64,000 nucleotides of DNA from NCBI GenBank assembly GCA_965215265.1, contig OZ244048.1, positions 3,520,001 through 3,584,000 on the forward strand, given 5' to 3'. Under the pieces are notes generated by a model. The model saw only the letters and a list, made by a program, of their open reading frames with translations, was not told where the DNA came from and did no database searches. This document shows, in pieces, positions 1 through 10,959 of this stretch. Source of the stretch: Candidatus Poribacteria bacterium. GTDB lineage: Bacteria; Poribacteria; WGA-4E; WGA-3G. Both the position numbers and the translations under genes were made by a program. How positions within the stretch are numbered: the first letter of the stretch is position 1; the number at the start of each line of letters is the position of its first letter.

Positions 1-341
1 CGATAGGTGAACCAAAGCGTGGCTGTTGATAAAAGTGTATTTACGAAACGCGCCAGCAAAATGACACGAGATTCTGTGAGATGAAAGCCTACAATTGAGA
101 GTAGTTTCCCTATCAGCGCGATAAGATAGAACCAGGCTGTTCCGGGCCAGTTATAGATTTCGGGGGGTGCGGTAAAGTTGATCAAATTCAGAACTTCGTG
201 CGAGATTAGCACTTCGCGCGGGTCCGGTGAGTCAGGGAGCCCGACACCTAAGCCGAGGATGCGAATCCCGAAGCCGAAGGTGAGAATGCAGGCTATCACA
301 AAGGTCTGTTTCAACTTTAGACATTTTCTTAGACTTTGCAA
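1..341 (-). CDS. ArnT/PMT-like membrane glycosyltransferase, 5' part (runs off window)
   Basis: Manual translation from TTG 341: ...FVIACILTFGFGIRILGLGVGLPDSPDPREVL...YNWPG...LLARFVNTLLSTATLWFTY, the typical GT-C N-terminus; not in the ORF track. Confidence 0.65.
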   Translation of the reverse strand, partial: MQSLRKCLKLKQTFVIACILTFGFGIRILGLGVGLPDSPDPREVLISHEVLNLINFTAPPEIYNWPGTAWFYLIALIGKLLSIVGFHLTESRVILLARFVNTLLSTATLWFTY

Positions 342-352
342 CTTTGTTTCCG

Positions 353-949
353 TTAGCGCGAGACTTTAGTCCACAGTGCTTCAGGGAGGGTTTCTTGGAC
401 GTTCGCGATTTGCTCTATTGTCACTGGAAGGTTGAGTTTATTAAAAATGGCTTGCCACCGTTCGGGCTGTGTATATTCAACGTATACAGGCACGAATCCT
501 AAATTCAGATAAGTTTTAATTGCCGGAATGCGAAAATCGTCTGTGTCAAGCATGGCGCATTTGAATCCGTGTTTCGAGAAATAGTAGAGAACAGCCAAGG
601 ATACCCATTTTCCCAGTTTTAGACCCGTGTGTTCAGATACGACACCTACCATATGGACGTATCCGACATCCGTTTCGTCAACAGATTGCCGCCAAGCACA
701 AGCGGTGCCGACGGGTATGCTGCGATATGTTGCGAAATAGAGTCCATCACGTACAAAAACAGCTTGCCCTGTGATCTCATTGCATGCATCTTGGGCAGTG
801 CGTTGCTTCCCGCCAAAAGAGTCACTGATGATATTCGCCCAATGCTTCTCATCGCCATCTTGGTAGGTTCGCATCTCATAGTCGGTGGGAAGTTGAATTT
901 CCGGAAGTCTTTCTAAATTAGGACGTACCATTCTGAGTTGTCGTGCCAT
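353..949 (-). CDS. GNAT family N-acetyltransferase
   Basis: VHMVGV..HTGLKLGK acetyl-CoA motif A and AIKTYLNLGF motif; start moved to MARQL at 949, which has an AGGA RBS. Confidence 0.8.
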   Translation of the reverse strand: MARQLRMVRPNLERLPEIQLPTDYEMRTYQDGDEKHWANIISDSFGGKQRTAQDACNEITGQAVFVRDGLYFATYRSIPVGTACAWRQSVDETDVGYVHMVGVVSEHTGLKLGKWVSLAVLYYFSKHGFKCAMLDTDDFRIPAIKTYLNLGFVPVYVEYTQPERWQAIFNKLNLPVTIEQIANVQETLPEALWTKVSR

Positions 950-1206
950 TTTCCTATCCTTTTTTTCGTAGGAAGCAATAAAGTAGACAAAGCATGAAGG
1001 TTCTGATGCTCGTCTCGTCAGTGAAGTCTGGTAATTTCCTTTCCGGTCCCGCCTTCCAGCGTGCAATTCAATTTGTGGACTTAACTGTCAGCATCATGAT
1101 ACCATATTCCGAAATTTCTCGCAAAAAAGACTTTACAATTATTGGGGCAATTTGGTATAATAAATACACTTAAAAGCGGAAGCACATCGTGTAAGGTAGA
1201 ACACGC

Positions 1207-1749
1207 GTGAATAGAACGCTAGGCAAAAAGCCAAATATTATCCTTGTAGGGTTCATGGGAACCGGTAAAACGTCAGTTGGTAGAAGGCTTTCTACGCACC
1301 TACGGATGCGTTACGTTGATACAGATACTTTGATTGAACAAGAAAGCAGGCGAAGTATCAGCGACATTTTCGCGCAAAACGGTGAGGCTACATTTCGACA
1401 GTTAGAGAATGAAGTTGTTCGCAAAGTATCGCGGTTGCACAACCATGTTATTTCCAGCGGTGGCGGTGTTGTTTTGAAAGAAGAAAACATGGCAAATCTC
1501 AAGCGGAACGGTATCATCTTCTGCTTGACAGCCACGGCAGAAGAAATTTATCGACGCGTTGGCAGCCAAACGTTCCGACCGTTGCTTCAAACGCCTGAGC
1601 CATTGGATAAAATACGGGCGATGTTGGCAGAACGTCAGCCGTATTATGCTCAAGCGGATTATATGGTAAAAACGACGGGGTGCCCCTTTAACGAGATTGT
1701 CGCACACATCAAATCTATTTTTTACGGTGTTGTTAAGCGAAAACCGTAA
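1207..1749 (+). CDS. aroK: Shikimate kinase
   Basis: GFMGTGKT P-loop, DTD, GEATFR, SGGG, RPLL motifs. Confidence 0.95.
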   Translation: MNRTLGKKPNIILVGFMGTGKTSVGRRLSTHLRMRYVDTDTLIEQESRRSISDIFAQNGEATFRQLENEVVRKVSRLHNHVISSGGGVVLKEENMANLKRNGIIFCLTATAEEIYRRVGSQTFRPLLQTPEPLDKIRAMLAERQPYYAQADYMVKTTGCPFNEIVAHIKSIFYGVVKRKP

Positions 1750-1865
1750 TGCTTATTTTATCTCAGGATTGGGTCGCCAGAATCGTTGCAGGATGGTTGG
1801 CTAACTATTTTTTAATTCCCCACGAGGTCAAAGAAGCGATATTGCTATGGTTGGCTAATTATGCT

Positions 1866-2957
1866 ATGAAAACAAAAACGCTAAATGTTGCGCTGGGCAC
1901 AAACAGTTATTCCATCATCGTAGGTCAGGGAATTCTCGACAGAGTTGGAGAATATCTTACTGCTCATGTCAAATCAGACAAGGTCCTTATTGTTTCTGAT
2001 GCTTATGTTAACCAATGCTATTCTCCTATTGTCGAGGCAAGTTTAACGGATGCTGGATTTGCCGTAAACAGTGTTGAGGTTCCTGCTGGTGAAAGGAGCA
2101 AATCGTTGGCCCAGTTTGCTCGGATACAAGATAGCCTTGTGGAGCATCGGCTTGATCGGGGTTCCGTGCTCGTAGCATTGGGTGGAGGAGTAGTTGGCGA
2201 TTTAGGCGGCTTCGCTGCGTCGACTTACATGCGGGGGATTGGTTATGTACAAATTCCAACAACGCTACAAGCCCAAGTCGATGCCAGCGTAGGTGGAAAA
2301 ACGGCGATTAACCATCCGAAAGGTAAAAACCTGATTGGCGCGTTCCATCAGCCGAAATTAGTTTTAATCGATGTAGATACGTTGAAAACCTTGCCGCAAC
2401 GAGACATACGCGCAGGGCTAATTGAAGTGATTAAAATGGGAGTTATCCGAGACGAACTGCTCTTCAAAATGGTAGAGGATAACCTCAATGCGATTTTCGA
2501 CTTAGATGCGGCAACGTTGATGGCAATAATTGCACGCGCGTGTGCCAATAAAGCGGATGTAGTGACGAAAGATGAAAAGGAGAGCCGGTTGCGAATGGTG
2601 CTTAACTATGGGCATACATTTGGACATGCCCTGGAAGCACTGACAGATTACAGCACCTATCGGCATGGTGAGGCGGTTTCAATTGGAATGAATTGCGCAG
2701 CACAATTAGCAGTCAATTTGTCTCTGTTTTCCGAAACGGATTTCCAACGTCAACGCCAATTATTAAAGCGTGCAAAACTACCAATTAATTTCCCATCGGA
2801 GGTTTCACCGAAACGGTTATGTGATGCAATCTATTTAGACAAAAAAAATGTGGGAGGCATGCTTTGTCTAATTTTACCGACGCGCATTGGCGAAGTGGTT
2901 ATAGAAGATAACGTGGATATAAAAAAGGTTTTGAATGCCATTTCACAATGCTTTTAA
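1866..2957 (+). CDS. aroB: 3-dehydroquinate synthase
   Basis: GGGVVGDLGGF, PTTL.AQVDASVGGK, LNYGHTFGHALE, HGEAV; likely start MKTKT at 1866 (ORF is open from 1749). Confidence 0.95.
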   Translation: MKTKTLNVALGTNSYSIIVGQGILDRVGEYLTAHVKSDKVLIVSDAYVNQCYSPIVEASLTDAGFAVNSVEVPAGERSKSLAQFARIQDSLVEHRLDRGSVLVALGGGVVGDLGGFAASTYMRGIGYVQIPTTLQAQVDASVGGKTAINHPKGKNLIGAFHQPKLVLIDVDTLKTLPQRDIRAGLIEVIKMGVIRDELLFKMVEDNLNAIFDLDAATLMAIIARACANKADVVTKDEKESRLRMVLNYGHTFGHALEALTDYSTYRHGEAVSIGMNCAAQLAVNLSLFSETDFQRQRQLLKRAKLPINFPSEVSPKRLCDAIYLDKKNVGGMLCLILPTRIGEVVIEDNVDIKKVLNAISQCF

Positions 2958-3104
2958 GCCATACAACGCGAAAGACAGTAGGGACTCCGTCCTTTTTAAG
3001 GATCAGAAAACTCCCTTACAAAAATTGTAGGAGAAAGTGCTGCTTCTTATCCCAGCTGTTGTTAGTCCGTGATGCAATCAGGTGCGGACTTTGAAGGAAA
3101 ATAT

Positions 3105-4256
3105 ATGAGATTTAACAAAACTATTCTATCAATAATAAGCTGCGTGCTTTTATGCTTATTTGCTGCTACGGTGTTAGCTCAGGGGCTCGCTCCACCTACA
3201 AATGTTAAGGCAGTAGATACACCAAATGACGATGGCAAAAGCATTACCATCACGTGGGATGTGGCTGACGAAGCAAGCAGCATCAGAGGTTACCAAATTC
3301 TACGGAGTTTAGTGATAGACGAATTTGAGGAAATCGGGGGCCTGCTCCCTGCTGATACAACAGTATACACAGATTCATCCGTTGAAGAGGGAACCGCTTA
3401 TACCTATATTGTCCGCGCGGTTAGTGAAACAGAGGCAACAGTAGATTCTGAACAAACCGTGCCAGTTAAAGGGACCGGCGAATGGTTTCATACCGGCAAG
3501 TTGCCGCTGTTTATCGCCATGCTGCTTTTTTCTGCAGCGATTGTTTGGAATACCTACCATGCACGAAGTGGAAAAGAAATATTTGTTCGCCGCATTCCTG
3601 GCTTAGAAGCGGTGGATGAAGCTATCGGCAGGGCCACAGAGATGGGACGCTCGATTCTATACGTATTAGGGTTAGGGGGTGTTAGTGGAGTCGCGACAGT
3701 TGCCAGTATGACAATTCTGGCGCAAGTAGCACGGCGGACTGCCGATTATGAAACGCCCTTACGTGTGCCGTGCAATGATCCTATCGTGATGAACGTGGTA
3801 CGAGAGATGGTGAAAACCGCGTATCTTGAAGAGGGGCACCCGGATGCCTACAATGAAGATAATATCTTTTTTCTGACAGAGGACCAGTTCGCCTACGCAG
3901 CAGGCGTTGACGGTATCATGGTGCGTGAGAAACCGGCTACAGTATTTCTGCAGGGGGCTTTTGCTGCAGAATCCCTCATCCTTGCTGAAACCGGGAATTC
4001 TATCGGTGCTATTCAGATTGCGGGGACAGACTCTGAGCACCAGCTTCCATTTTTTATCGCCGCTTGTGATTACACTCTAATTGGCGAAGAGCTCTACGCC
4101 GCGAGTGCTTACCTTTCTAAAGAGCCAATGCTCCTCGGAAGTCTTAGAGGGCAAGACTGGGGGAAAGTCCTTATTTTCGCCGCTATCGCCCTCGGTGTCA
4201 TTCTTGAACTATCCGGTATTACTTGGATAACAACACTTTTACAACGGGTTAATTAG
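3105..4256 (+). CDS. Signal peptide + fibronectin type III + membrane-anchored DUF6754-like protein
   Basis: Signal peptide, FN3 pattern (PPTNV..ITW..Y.I..YTD..Y.Y.VRA), TM helix, then RRIPGLEAVDEAIGRATEMG...IGEELYAASAYLS. Confidence 0.7.
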   Translation: MRFNKTILSIISCVLLCLFAATVLAQGLAPPTNVKAVDTPNDDGKSITITWDVADEASSIRGYQILRSLVIDEFEEIGGLLPADTTVYTDSSVEEGTAYTYIVRAVSETEATVDSEQTVPVKGTGEWFHTGKLPLFIAMLLFSAAIVWNTYHARSGKEIFVRRIPGLEAVDEAIGRATEMGRSILYVLGLGGVSGVATVASMTILAQVARRTADYETPLRVPCNDPIVMNVVREMVKTAYLEEGHPDAYNEDNIFFLTEDQFAYAAGVDGIMVREKPATVFLQGAFAAESLILAETGNSIGAIQIAGTDSEHQLPFFIAACDYTLIGEELYAASAYLSKEPMLLGSLRGQDWGKVLIFAAIALGVILELSGITWITTLLQRVN

Positions 4257-4323
4257 GGAGTCTTATGAAGAATCAATTACAAGTGTGTCGGATTTTTAAT
4301 TGGGCAACACTGAGGAGATGTAT

Positions 4324-4974
4324 ATGAAACGACAAGTACCTTTAGTGCTCTGCTTTCTTTTCGGCGTTGTGATGTGCTTCACCCAGTTTAGTCCGCATTC
4401 ATATTCGCAAGCAATTTACAACGAGGTAGTTTATTGGGCATTGATTATGTCGCCCTTTGCTCTTGCAGTAGGAACGATAACGCTTATTCAAACCCATGTG
4501 ACACGCATTCGCCGCCGCACAGAGCATTGGCAATACAGTTTTGTTGTCTTTGCTGGACTTCTCGCAATGGTAGCTATAGGACTTCCCTTTGGACCGCAAT
4601 ATCCTATGTTTGAATGGTTATTTAACAACATCCAAGTACCGCTGGATGCTACAATGTTCTCACTTCTTGCTTTTTTAATTGCATCTGCGGCATTTCGCGC
4701 GTTCCGTGCTCGGACGTTTGAGGCATCTCTTCTCTTGATTACTGCTATGATTGTAGTAATCGGAAATGTTCCTGTTGGGGATCTGATCTGGAATACGGTC
4801 TTATCCTGGTTACCTTGGGACGACGGGGCCTCAGGGACAAGGCAATGGATTTTGGAAAATCCCAATCTCTCAGCACGGCGTGGAATCATCCTCGGTGTCA
4901 GTTTGGGCGTGATTTCACAAGCCATACGCCTCATCCTCGGGATTGAGCGCTCTTACATAGGTGGAGGAGATTAA
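4324..4974 (+). CDS. Conserved multi-pass membrane protein
   Basis: Several hydrophobic helices; ATMFSLLAFLIASAAFRAFRAR and ARRGIILG motifs; operonic with neighbours. Confidence 0.75.
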   Translation: MKRQVPLVLCFLFGVVMCFTQFSPHSYSQAIYNEVVYWALIMSPFALAVGTITLIQTHVTRIRRRTEHWQYSFVVFAGLLAMVAIGLPFGPQYPMFEWLFNNIQVPLDATMFSLLAFLIASAAFRAFRARTFEASLLLITAMIVVIGNVPVGDLIWNTVLSWLPWDDGASGTRQWILENPNLSARRGIILGVSLGVISQAIRLILGIERSYIGGGD

Positions 4975-4978
4975 CAAA

Positions 4979-5794
4979 ATGCTTAGTAAACTGATGAATC
5001 TCGACCGGCGCATTGTTTTTATTCTCGTCGCGTTAGCAGTCATCATTCCAACACTCTTGCCACTCAATTTGCCAATCACAGTCTCTGGACCGACAGAGAG
5101 AATCTACGATTACATTGATGCTCTTCCAGCTGGGGCAACTATCATGATCTCTTTCGATTATGGACCCTCTTCCTTACCTGAGCTCAACCCCATGGCAAAA
5201 GCTGTTTTAAGACATTGCTTCGATAAAGATGTCCGCGTTATTGGAATGACACTTTACCCCTTTGCTCCAACTCTCGCCGATACTTTGATGAAAGAGGTTG
5301 CCGATGAGGCTGGTGCGGTACGTGGTGAAGATTATGTTTTTCTTGGATTCCGACCTGGATATGAACAAGTTATGCTTCGTATGGGAACGAGTATCGCAAG
5401 CACCTTTGAGAAGGATTACACAAACACTCCACTCACAGAGATTCCGATGATGAAGAATATCACCAATTACGACCAAATTGACCTTATCTTAGACCTCGCG
5501 TCCGGAAGTACTGTTGAACTTTGGATCACCTATGTCAACGTGAAATATAGCCAAGAGGTTGCCGCTGGAGTTACTGGTGTGATTGTTTCCCAAATGTATC
5601 CTTATTTACAAACCAAGCAGTTAGTCGGATTAATGCCCGGATTTCTAGGAGCCGCCGAGTATGAGAAACTCGTCGGTGTAACTGAAAAGGGAACAGAAGG
5701 CATAAACAGTGCCTCTCTAGTACATATGTTAATTCTGGGATTAGTCGTTATGGGCAACGTCATATTCTTTATTCAGCGTAGACAGAAGGAGTAA
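4979..5794 (+). CDS. Membrane-anchored conserved hypothetical protein
   Basis: N- and C-terminal TM helices around a soluble alpha/beta domain (SFDYGPSSLPEL...GAAEYE). Confidence 0.75.
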   Translation: MLSKLMNLDRRIVFILVALAVIIPTLLPLNLPITVSGPTERIYDYIDALPAGATIMISFDYGPSSLPELNPMAKAVLRHCFDKDVRVIGMTLYPFAPTLADTLMKEVADEAGAVRGEDYVFLGFRPGYEQVMLRMGTSIASTFEKDYTNTPLTEIPMMKNITNYDQIDLILDLASGSTVELWITYVNVKYSQEVAAGVTGVIVSQMYPYLQTKQLVGLMPGFLGAAEYEKLVGVTEKGTEGINSASLVHMLILGLVVMGNVIFFIQRRQKE

Positions 5795-5798
5795 ATTT

Positions 5799-6482
5799 AT
5801 GGAAATTATAGATATTGTAGGGATCTGGATTGCAGCAGCTTTGACACTCTGTATTTATAGTTTTCTTTATCGAGATAATCCATTTTATCGATTCGCAGAG
5901 CACCTCTTTGTAGGCATGTCTGTTGGCTATAGCATTGTTATCTCTGTTCACCAAGGATTCATACCGTTCGCGTGGGAACCGTTCTGGGCAGCTGTGAAAC
6001 CGTTTTGGCCAGGGGTGCCCCGAGAAGCAGGCTGGAGCGGGTTGTGGAAACTGATCCCAATCGGAATTGGCTTACTATTTTTGGGTGGAGTGTCGCCCCG
6101 TAACACATGGTTGATTCGCTACCCTAGCTCTATCTTAATTGGGTTTGGGGCAGGTCTTTCAATCCCGAATGTATTAAGAGCAAATATTTTTGAGCAGACG
6201 CGGGGAACAGTTGAACCGTTTGCAGCTGCACATGCAGGAACTCTTTCTGGATGGGGTATTTTCGAAGCAGTCCTTATGGTTGTTGGAGTCGTTTGCACAC
6301 TTACCTATTTCTTCTTTTCTGTTGAACACCGAGGTCCCATCAAGTGGCTGTCAAAGGTCGGAATCGCTTTTTTGATGATTGGATTCGGTTCTGCATTCGG
6401 CAACACGGTGATGGGACGTGTTGCTCTCTTAATCCAACGCGTTGATTTTCTCTTAAACGATTGGCTCGGAATGCTTTTTTGA
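5799..6482 (+). CDS. Conserved multi-pass membrane protein
   Basis: YSFLYRDNPFYRFAEHLFVG and FLMIGFGSAFGNTVMGR motifs; about 6 TM helices; AGGAG RBS. Confidence 0.75.
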   Translation: MEIIDIVGIWIAAALTLCIYSFLYRDNPFYRFAEHLFVGMSVGYSIVISVHQGFIPFAWEPFWAAVKPFWPGVPREAGWSGLWKLIPIGIGLLFLGGVSPRNTWLIRYPSSILIGFGAGLSIPNVLRANIFEQTRGTVEPFAAAHAGTLSGWGIFEAVLMVVGVVCTLTYFFFSVEHRGPIKWLSKVGIAFLMIGFGSAFGNTVMGRVALLIQRVDFLLNDWLGMLF

Positions 6483-6628
6483 ACGCCGCATGTGCAACTG
6501 GACAATATATCACAAGGCCGCAAATCGTGTGAGATTCATTATTATATTCAGAGATGTCCGTTGCCGAGGCCTAGACCGCTACAAAAAATCAGGTTTATTT
6601 TTTTAGATAAGAAGGAGCGGAAAATCTC

Positions 6629-7471
6629 ATGAAACTCGGATATAGTACCTGGGGGATGCCCACAGTGCCGGTAGATGTTGCTATTCAACATCTTGCCTTC
6701 CTCGGCTTCGATGGTATAGAACTAACCATCATACCACGTTTCACAACGGAGCTTAGCACCCTTGATACCACAGAACGGAAACGAATTGCAGGTCTGCTGA
6801 AACAGCATAACTTAGCCTTACCGGCAATTGCGGCGCATTCCAGTTTGATGGAAACTGATGTTGAGATACACGAACGGAATATGTGGCGGTTAAAAGGTGG
6901 CGTAGATTTGGCGGTGGAACTCGCACAAGGTGGTGAATTGCCTGCAGTCAATACCACCCCCGGTGGAAAACCGGAACAGTGGGAATCAAAGAAACATTTC
7001 CTTGCTGACCGGGTGGGTGAATTAGTCGATTATGCTGCGACATCCGGTGTAACTATCGCTATGGAGCCGCACATTGGCGCGATTATTGATACACCGGATA
7101 AGGTACTTGAACTGCTGAACATTGTCGATTCTCCATATCTCAAAGTGAATTTTGACATCAGCCACTTTGATATAGTGGGGCTGACAATTGAGGAGACGGT
7201 CTCTGCGTTAGCGTCTGTTTCAGCACACACGCACGTCAAAGATCAGCGCGGGCTTGCCCCGGATTTTGAGTTTCTCATCCCAGGTGAAGGGCCTTTTGAT
7301 TACGTTGCCTATCTGAAGTCGATGGAGACACACGGTTATGATGGCTTCATAACGGCAGAGGTCAGTTTCATGGTGCAGGCGCGTGAAGATTACGATGCGC
7401 TTGCCGCCGCAACTTTGTCTTATGAAACATTATCGCAGGCGTTTATTGATGCCGGCATTGAAAGGGTGTAA
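6629..7471 (+). CDS. Sugar phosphate isomerase/epimerase (xylose-isomerase-like TIM barrel)
   Basis: GFDGIEL, AMEPH, NFDISH, HTHVKD, GEG, TAE metal-binding motifs. Confidence 0.85.
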   Translation: MKLGYSTWGMPTVPVDVAIQHLAFLGFDGIELTIIPRFTTELSTLDTTERKRIAGLLKQHNLALPAIAAHSSLMETDVEIHERNMWRLKGGVDLAVELAQGGELPAVNTTPGGKPEQWESKKHFLADRVGELVDYAATSGVTIAMEPHIGAIIDTPDKVLELLNIVDSPYLKVNFDISHFDIVGLTIEETVSALASVSAHTHVKDQRGLAPDFEFLIPGEGPFDYVAYLKSMETHGYDGFITAEVSFMVQAREDYDALAAATLSYETLSQAFIDAGIERV

Positions 7472-7473
7472 CG

Positions 7474-8853
7474 ATGCAGCCAAATATCCTCTTGCTCATG
7501 ACAGATCAGCAACGTTGGGACGCGATGGGATGCAGTAGCGACTGGGTTAAAACCCCGAACTTAGATCGAATTGCCAGCGAAGGGGTACGCTTCACTCATT
7601 GCGTTACCACATCGCCTGTCTGTATTCCGACTCGGCTCAGCTTAGCAACAGGATTGTACCCGCACAACACCGGCGTTTGGAACAACATGAATCATCAACT
7701 AGCACCGGAAACGCAGACGTGGATGCAGGCAGTGCGTGATGCCGGCTACCGGACCAGTCTCTTCGGCAAAACTCACCTGCACCCGCACCACGGAGATTTG
7801 CGTGAACGGGAAGGTTTGATGAATGCCTACGGATTGGACGATGTCAATGAAATCGGTGGACCGCGCGCGAGTGCGAATGTGCTATCACACATGACATCGA
7901 AATGGGAGGCAAAGGGGTTATGGGATGCTTATCGCGCAGATTATAGAGAACGTTTCAGTACGAAACCCTACCTCGTCCGGCCATCTGTGCTTGGACTAGA
8001 AAACTATGCGGATGTCTACGTTGGGCAACAAGCGAAGCGGTATCTTGAACGCTACGATCGGGCACAGCCCTGGTGCTGTTGGGTGAGTTTCGGTGGGCCG
8101 CATGAGCCGTGGGATACCCCGGAGCCCTACGCCAGCATGTACGATCCGGATGCAATGCCATCGGCAATACCGCGTCCGGTCACCGGAGAGAGGCCACGTG
8201 GGTACTTAGATCAACTCTTGGAACGCGTTAATCCCTCCTTTGAAGAGGGTGAAATCGGAAGGCTACGTGCGAACTACGCCGGCAATGTCACACTGATTGA
8301 CGCACAAATTGGCGAAATCTTGGATACCATTCAGGCTCGCGGCGAATTGGATAAGACTATAATCGTTCATACCTCCGACCATGGCGAGATGAACGGGGAC
8401 TATGGGTTAATTTACAAAAGCAATTTCCTGAATGGCGCGGTGCGAGTGCCTCTGTTGGTTAGAACCCCTGAAACATTAAAAACTAAAATTGCAGGAAGTC
8501 TCTGTGATAGTCTTGTTGAATGGATTGATATCGGCCCAACGCTTGTTGACTCCGCAGGTGGCGAGCTAAAACACCGTCAATTTGGCAAGTCACTATGTCC
8601 GGTTTTGGACAGTCCAGAGGTAACACACAGGGACTTCGCTATCTCTGAAATAGAAGGCGAAGTGATGTTGTTAAATCGCGAATGGAAAATCGCACTCAAT
8701 GCAAACGGAGAAACATACCTCCTCTTTGACGTTCAAAAAGACCCGGCGGAGACGCATAACCTTGCTGGCTCTACCGACATGACAGATGTCGAAACGGAAC
8801 TCCGGCTGCAAATTTTAGAACGGCTTGTGCAGACACAAACGAGACATGCTTGA
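7474..8853 (+). CDS. Cys-type sulfatase (choline-sulfatase-like)
   Basis: PNILLLMTDQQR, CIPTR formylglycine motif, GKTH, PHEP, SDHG. Confidence 0.92.
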   Translation: MQPNILLLMTDQQRWDAMGCSSDWVKTPNLDRIASEGVRFTHCVTTSPVCIPTRLSLATGLYPHNTGVWNNMNHQLAPETQTWMQAVRDAGYRTSLFGKTHLHPHHGDLREREGLMNAYGLDDVNEIGGPRASANVLSHMTSKWEAKGLWDAYRADYRERFSTKPYLVRPSVLGLENYADVYVGQQAKRYLERYDRAQPWCCWVSFGGPHEPWDTPEPYASMYDPDAMPSAIPRPVTGERPRGYLDQLLERVNPSFEEGEIGRLRANYAGNVTLIDAQIGEILDTIQARGELDKTIIVHTSDHGEMNGDYGLIYKSNFLNGAVRVPLLVRTPETLKTKIAGSLCDSLVEWIDIGPTLVDSAGGELKHRQFGKSLCPVLDSPEVTHRDFAISEIEGEVMLLNREWKIALNANGETYLLFDVQKDPAETHNLAGSTDMTDVETELRLQILERLVQTQTRHA

Positions 8854-9102
8854 TTGGAAATCGCACTCCTTAAATAGTTCAACGAGAATTAAGAAGAATA
8901 TGAACGTTGAAGGATGGCTGTCAAACTGACATGCGCGAACCTTTGAAAATGTTCGCTACGGTTCCATCTCCGGTTATTCAAGATGTGTGCCGGAAAACAG
9001 ATTAACAGAACGGCCACTTATGAGGTGCTCGCCCTAAGCTGCGAGAATTGGAGCCGTTGAATAGAAATTTTTGGGGTGAGGATAATGGTTAGTGAATTAT
9101 CG

Positions 9103-9144
9103 AATCTCCGTAGGCAAGGAGTGGTACGCTCGCCTACGGAGATT
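9103..9144. repeat. REP-like hairpin between convergent genes
   Basis: Perfect 13-bp stem AATCTCCGTAGGC / GCCTACGGAGATT. Confidence 0.65.
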
Positions 9145-9175
9145 TTTATATCCAATAGAACAGAGACCGGCGACT

Positions 9176-10959
9176 TTATATGGATGCGGTATCGTTCAGT
9201 TGTTTCAGGTGGTTTGCATGACGTACCAACTCGATCAATTCATCCAGCTGTGGCGTTTGCAAGTTGAGACCTTTCAGCATCTTCTGGACAGTTTCTAAGG
9301 AGCCTTTCCTTGCCCAATAACTGTCTCGAAGGATTTCCGCGTAGTGAGCAACAGCGGTAGCGAGTTGAAAAGCGGGTGATGCCTCCTCAAAAGTGCGATG
9401 TAGGGCTTCTAGGGAGAGAGCCTCCTGAATCTCCGTCACCTGCTCGGTGTCCGGATCTTCGTGCCGGATGAATACAGTTGCGAGGGTACCGACAGCATTT
9501 TCATGAAGTTTAATCTCATAGAGTGCGGTGACACTATGGCCTGCACCGACTTCGCCAGCATCCACTGCGTCATTGCGGAAGTCTTTATGCGCAAGCCACC
9601 GGTTCTCATAGCCGAGGAGCCGGAACCGGCTGACTGTCTTAGGATTGAACTCAACCTGAATTTTGGAATCTTTGGCGATGAGCTGCAACGTGCCGGTCAA
9701 ATTTTCGACAAAGATGCGCTTCGCCTCCTTCAAGGTATCAACATAGGCGTACATACCGTTGCCTTTATTGGCAAGTTGCTCCATGAGCTCGTCGTTGTAG
9801 TTACCCATGCCGAAACCGACGGTCGTCAGCATAATCCCTTCCTTGACATAGGTTTCAATCTCTTTGAGAATACCCGAGGCACTCGTAATCCCTTCATTTG
9901 CAACGCCATCGGAGCAGAGAATCACGCGGTTGATGCAATCCTTTTGGAAATTCTGAAGTGCGAGCTCGTATCCCTTCCGGAGGCCATCCTCGGCATTTGT
10001 CACGCCAGAGGTGTGAAGGGATTCAATTGTTTCTAAGATATGCTCACGGTTGCTAATGCGGGTATGGGGTAGCACGACCTCGGCATCGGTGCCATAAATG
10101 ACGATACCGACTTCGTCTTTCGGTCGCAGCTGCTCAACTAAAAGTCTCAAAGCGCGTTTGACTAACCCTAACCGGCTTTCCATAGACATAGAGCCGGAAA
10201 CATCAATCACGAACGTCAGGATTGCGTTCTTCCGTTCATCCGCTTCAACAACGCGCCCTTGAATACCGATGCGCAGCAATTGAAGCCGCTTGCCCTCCCC
10301 GAACTTGGAAGGCGCGGCTTCAAGATGAATAGCGAATGCCTCTTCCATTGGAGGAGTGTAACCGTAATCAAAGGCGTTCACAAATTCCTCAACGCGCACT
10401 GCATCTTTCGGGGGTAAGTGTCCATCTCGGAAGTAGCGTCGCGCCACAGCATAGGACGCAGTATCCACGTCCATAGCGAATGTCGAAAAGGGGTCATCTT
10501 CTGTATCGATAAACGGATTGGTGCCGTGATGCTGAAAATAGACATCAGGATAGGCGGCATCGTTAGGGGGTTCAAACCTTGGGCTTGAGGGTTTGCAACA
10601 TCAAAGGATGCCGCTGCTCCCGCGTATTTTGCTTTGATGGAGCGGCGTTGCACATGTCTGTTTTCAACGACAGTGCTGCTATGCAAAGTCCCCTTAATGA
10701 CAGGTTTTCGTACCATCGGTTCCGGGGGTGCCAAGGGGTTAATAATATCAGCAGTTACTAAATTCCGATTCGTATATTGATGCTGAGTGTTCCCGGGATA
10801 ATAAAGCCCGGCAATAACCGCAACGATTAAGTGGAACGTCAGCGAAATTACAAGGGATCCTGGAAGTTTTTGTCTCCTAAAACGTTCAAGTGTTTTTGAC
10901 GTGAAAGGGAGTGTGCCCATCTCGCCAGAGATTTTTTTGTGAGTTCCTTTAATACGCAT
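9176..10959 (-). pseudogene. YfbK-like VWA domain protein, frameshifted near 10570-10600
   Basis: DVSGSM MIDAS motif, SDG, EFNP..FRLLGYENR..DAGEVGAG. The conserved PPND..Y..HGTNPF..FSTFAMDVDTASY segment is in a different frame from the upstream TM-containing ORF 10378..10959. Confidence 0.75.

Noticed and set aside
8900-9065. Possible gene remnant after the sulfatase
   Set aside because: Short stop-interrupted frames with no recognisable motif
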